Below are positions 63,294 through 64,000 of a stretch of DNA of 64,000 nucleotides, piece by piece; the stretch's first letter is position 1; the number at the start of each line of letters is the position of its first letter. Source of the stretch: an uncultured Rivularia sp. (GTDB lineage Bacteria > Cyanobacteriota > Cyanobacteriia > Cyanobacteriales > Nostocaceae); the NCBI GenBank assembly GCA_963665115.1, contig OY762007.1:1696001-1760000 (forward strand). Reading direction: 5' to 3'. The notes beneath the pieces were generated by a model. It worked only from the letters and a program-made list of their open reading frames with translations. It was not told where the DNA came from and did no database searches. A program made the translations under genes and the position numbers.

Positions 63294-63628
63294 TTTCTAT
63301 ATATTTTCTTTGAGTGTGCTTCTCTTGTTCTTGTATTCATCAGCTGCTGATAAGGTATACCGACTCTAGTCCAGTTAGGAGTAGCTACAAATTTAGATAA
63401 AATTCTCCAAGCACCATTGGCAGTTAACACCCACCAAGTGGAAATTCCCCAAGTTGCGATCGCAATTGTCCAAACCCAATTCAACCGCAATAAACCATGA
63501 GCGATATAATAAGAACCTCCACAAATTATTACCCAGGGTACTAATTGGTCAGCCGGAAAGGGTCCGATTGATGGTTGTTTACCTAAAGTACCGTTAACTT
63601 TTCGATATTTTGATTTTTCTAAGTCCAT
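63290..63628 (-). CDS. VirB3-like membrane protein
   Basis: LGKQPSIGPFPADQ; two transmembrane segments; upstream of virB4. Confidence 0.6.
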   Translation of the reverse strand: MDLEKSKYRKVNGTLGKQPSIGPFPADQLVPWVIICGGSYYIAHGLLRLNWVWTIAIATWGISTWWVLTANGAWRILSKFVATPNWTRVGIPYQQLMNTRTREAHSKKIYRK

Positions 63629-63684
63629 ATTCAGTCATTACTATCTACAAGTCTTCATATTATTCCCCGCTTGCTCCCTGCCTC

Positions 63685-64000
63685 TTACCCTCCTGGTGCT
63701 GCACCACCACCTCCACCACCAATAATCAAATTCGCCAAAATATCGCCCACTGTCACCGCAATCAAAATAATCATTGGTGTACGGGCTAAATTTTGCCAAT
63801 CTTCATCCTGCCGAGAAGCTTGAATCACCTTCACTAGCGATATTCCTAAGTAAATTAGAAACAATCCTCGCAACACATTAAATACCAATGGAATTGCTTC
63901 TCCTGCACCTGTAAATTGTCCTGTCATCCAGGTTTCTGCGTTCTGAAAAAACTGTGCTTGTGCTGGTATTGATAGGGCATCTAGCAAGAAAAACGTACCC
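63685..64000 (-). CDS. VirB2/pilin-like protein, 5' end probably outside the window
   Basis: PAQAQFF processing-like site followed by two hydrophobic helices. Confidence 0.6.
   Translation of the reverse strand, partial: GTFFLLDALSIPAQAQFFQNAETWMTGQFTGAGEAIPLVFNVLRGLFLIYLGISLVKVIQASRQDEDWQNLARTPMIILIAVTVGDILANLIIGGGGGGAAPGG

Overview
AT-rich cyanobacterial DNA (several HIP1 GCGATCGC sites, heptamer STRR-type repeats), most likely a large plasmid or integrated conjugative element of a filamentous, Nostocales-like strain. From left to right it holds: (1) the end of a small operon (NYN protein, ubiquitin-like protein); (2) a CRISPR array of about 90 repeats with leader, cas2, cas1, a group II-type reverse transcriptase, an HD protein and a WYL protein, but no effector or cas6 genes; (3) a RelE toxin-antitoxin pair and a NACHT-WD40 gene; (4) a plasmid leading-type region (recD2, ardA, DnaJ, GIY-YIG); (5) a two-barrel RdRP/YonO-like polymerase gene, a MobD-like ATPase, parM, a MobV relaxase and an ASCH-adenine methyltransferase; (6) a partly decayed cyanobacterial conjugative T4SS. 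Three signals stand out. First, three four-helix-bundle genes are each enclosed by inverted arms of tandem heptamers, with a different heptamer each time, and three further arm pairs carry no such gene. Second, RT and cas1 join into one ~710-aa frame by a -1 shift at an A9 run. Third, the polymerase carries an RxP...DCDGD motif. Many single-base indels sit in short homopolymers, so some frameshifts may be assembly errors. All family assignments come from motif recognition by eye, with no database search.
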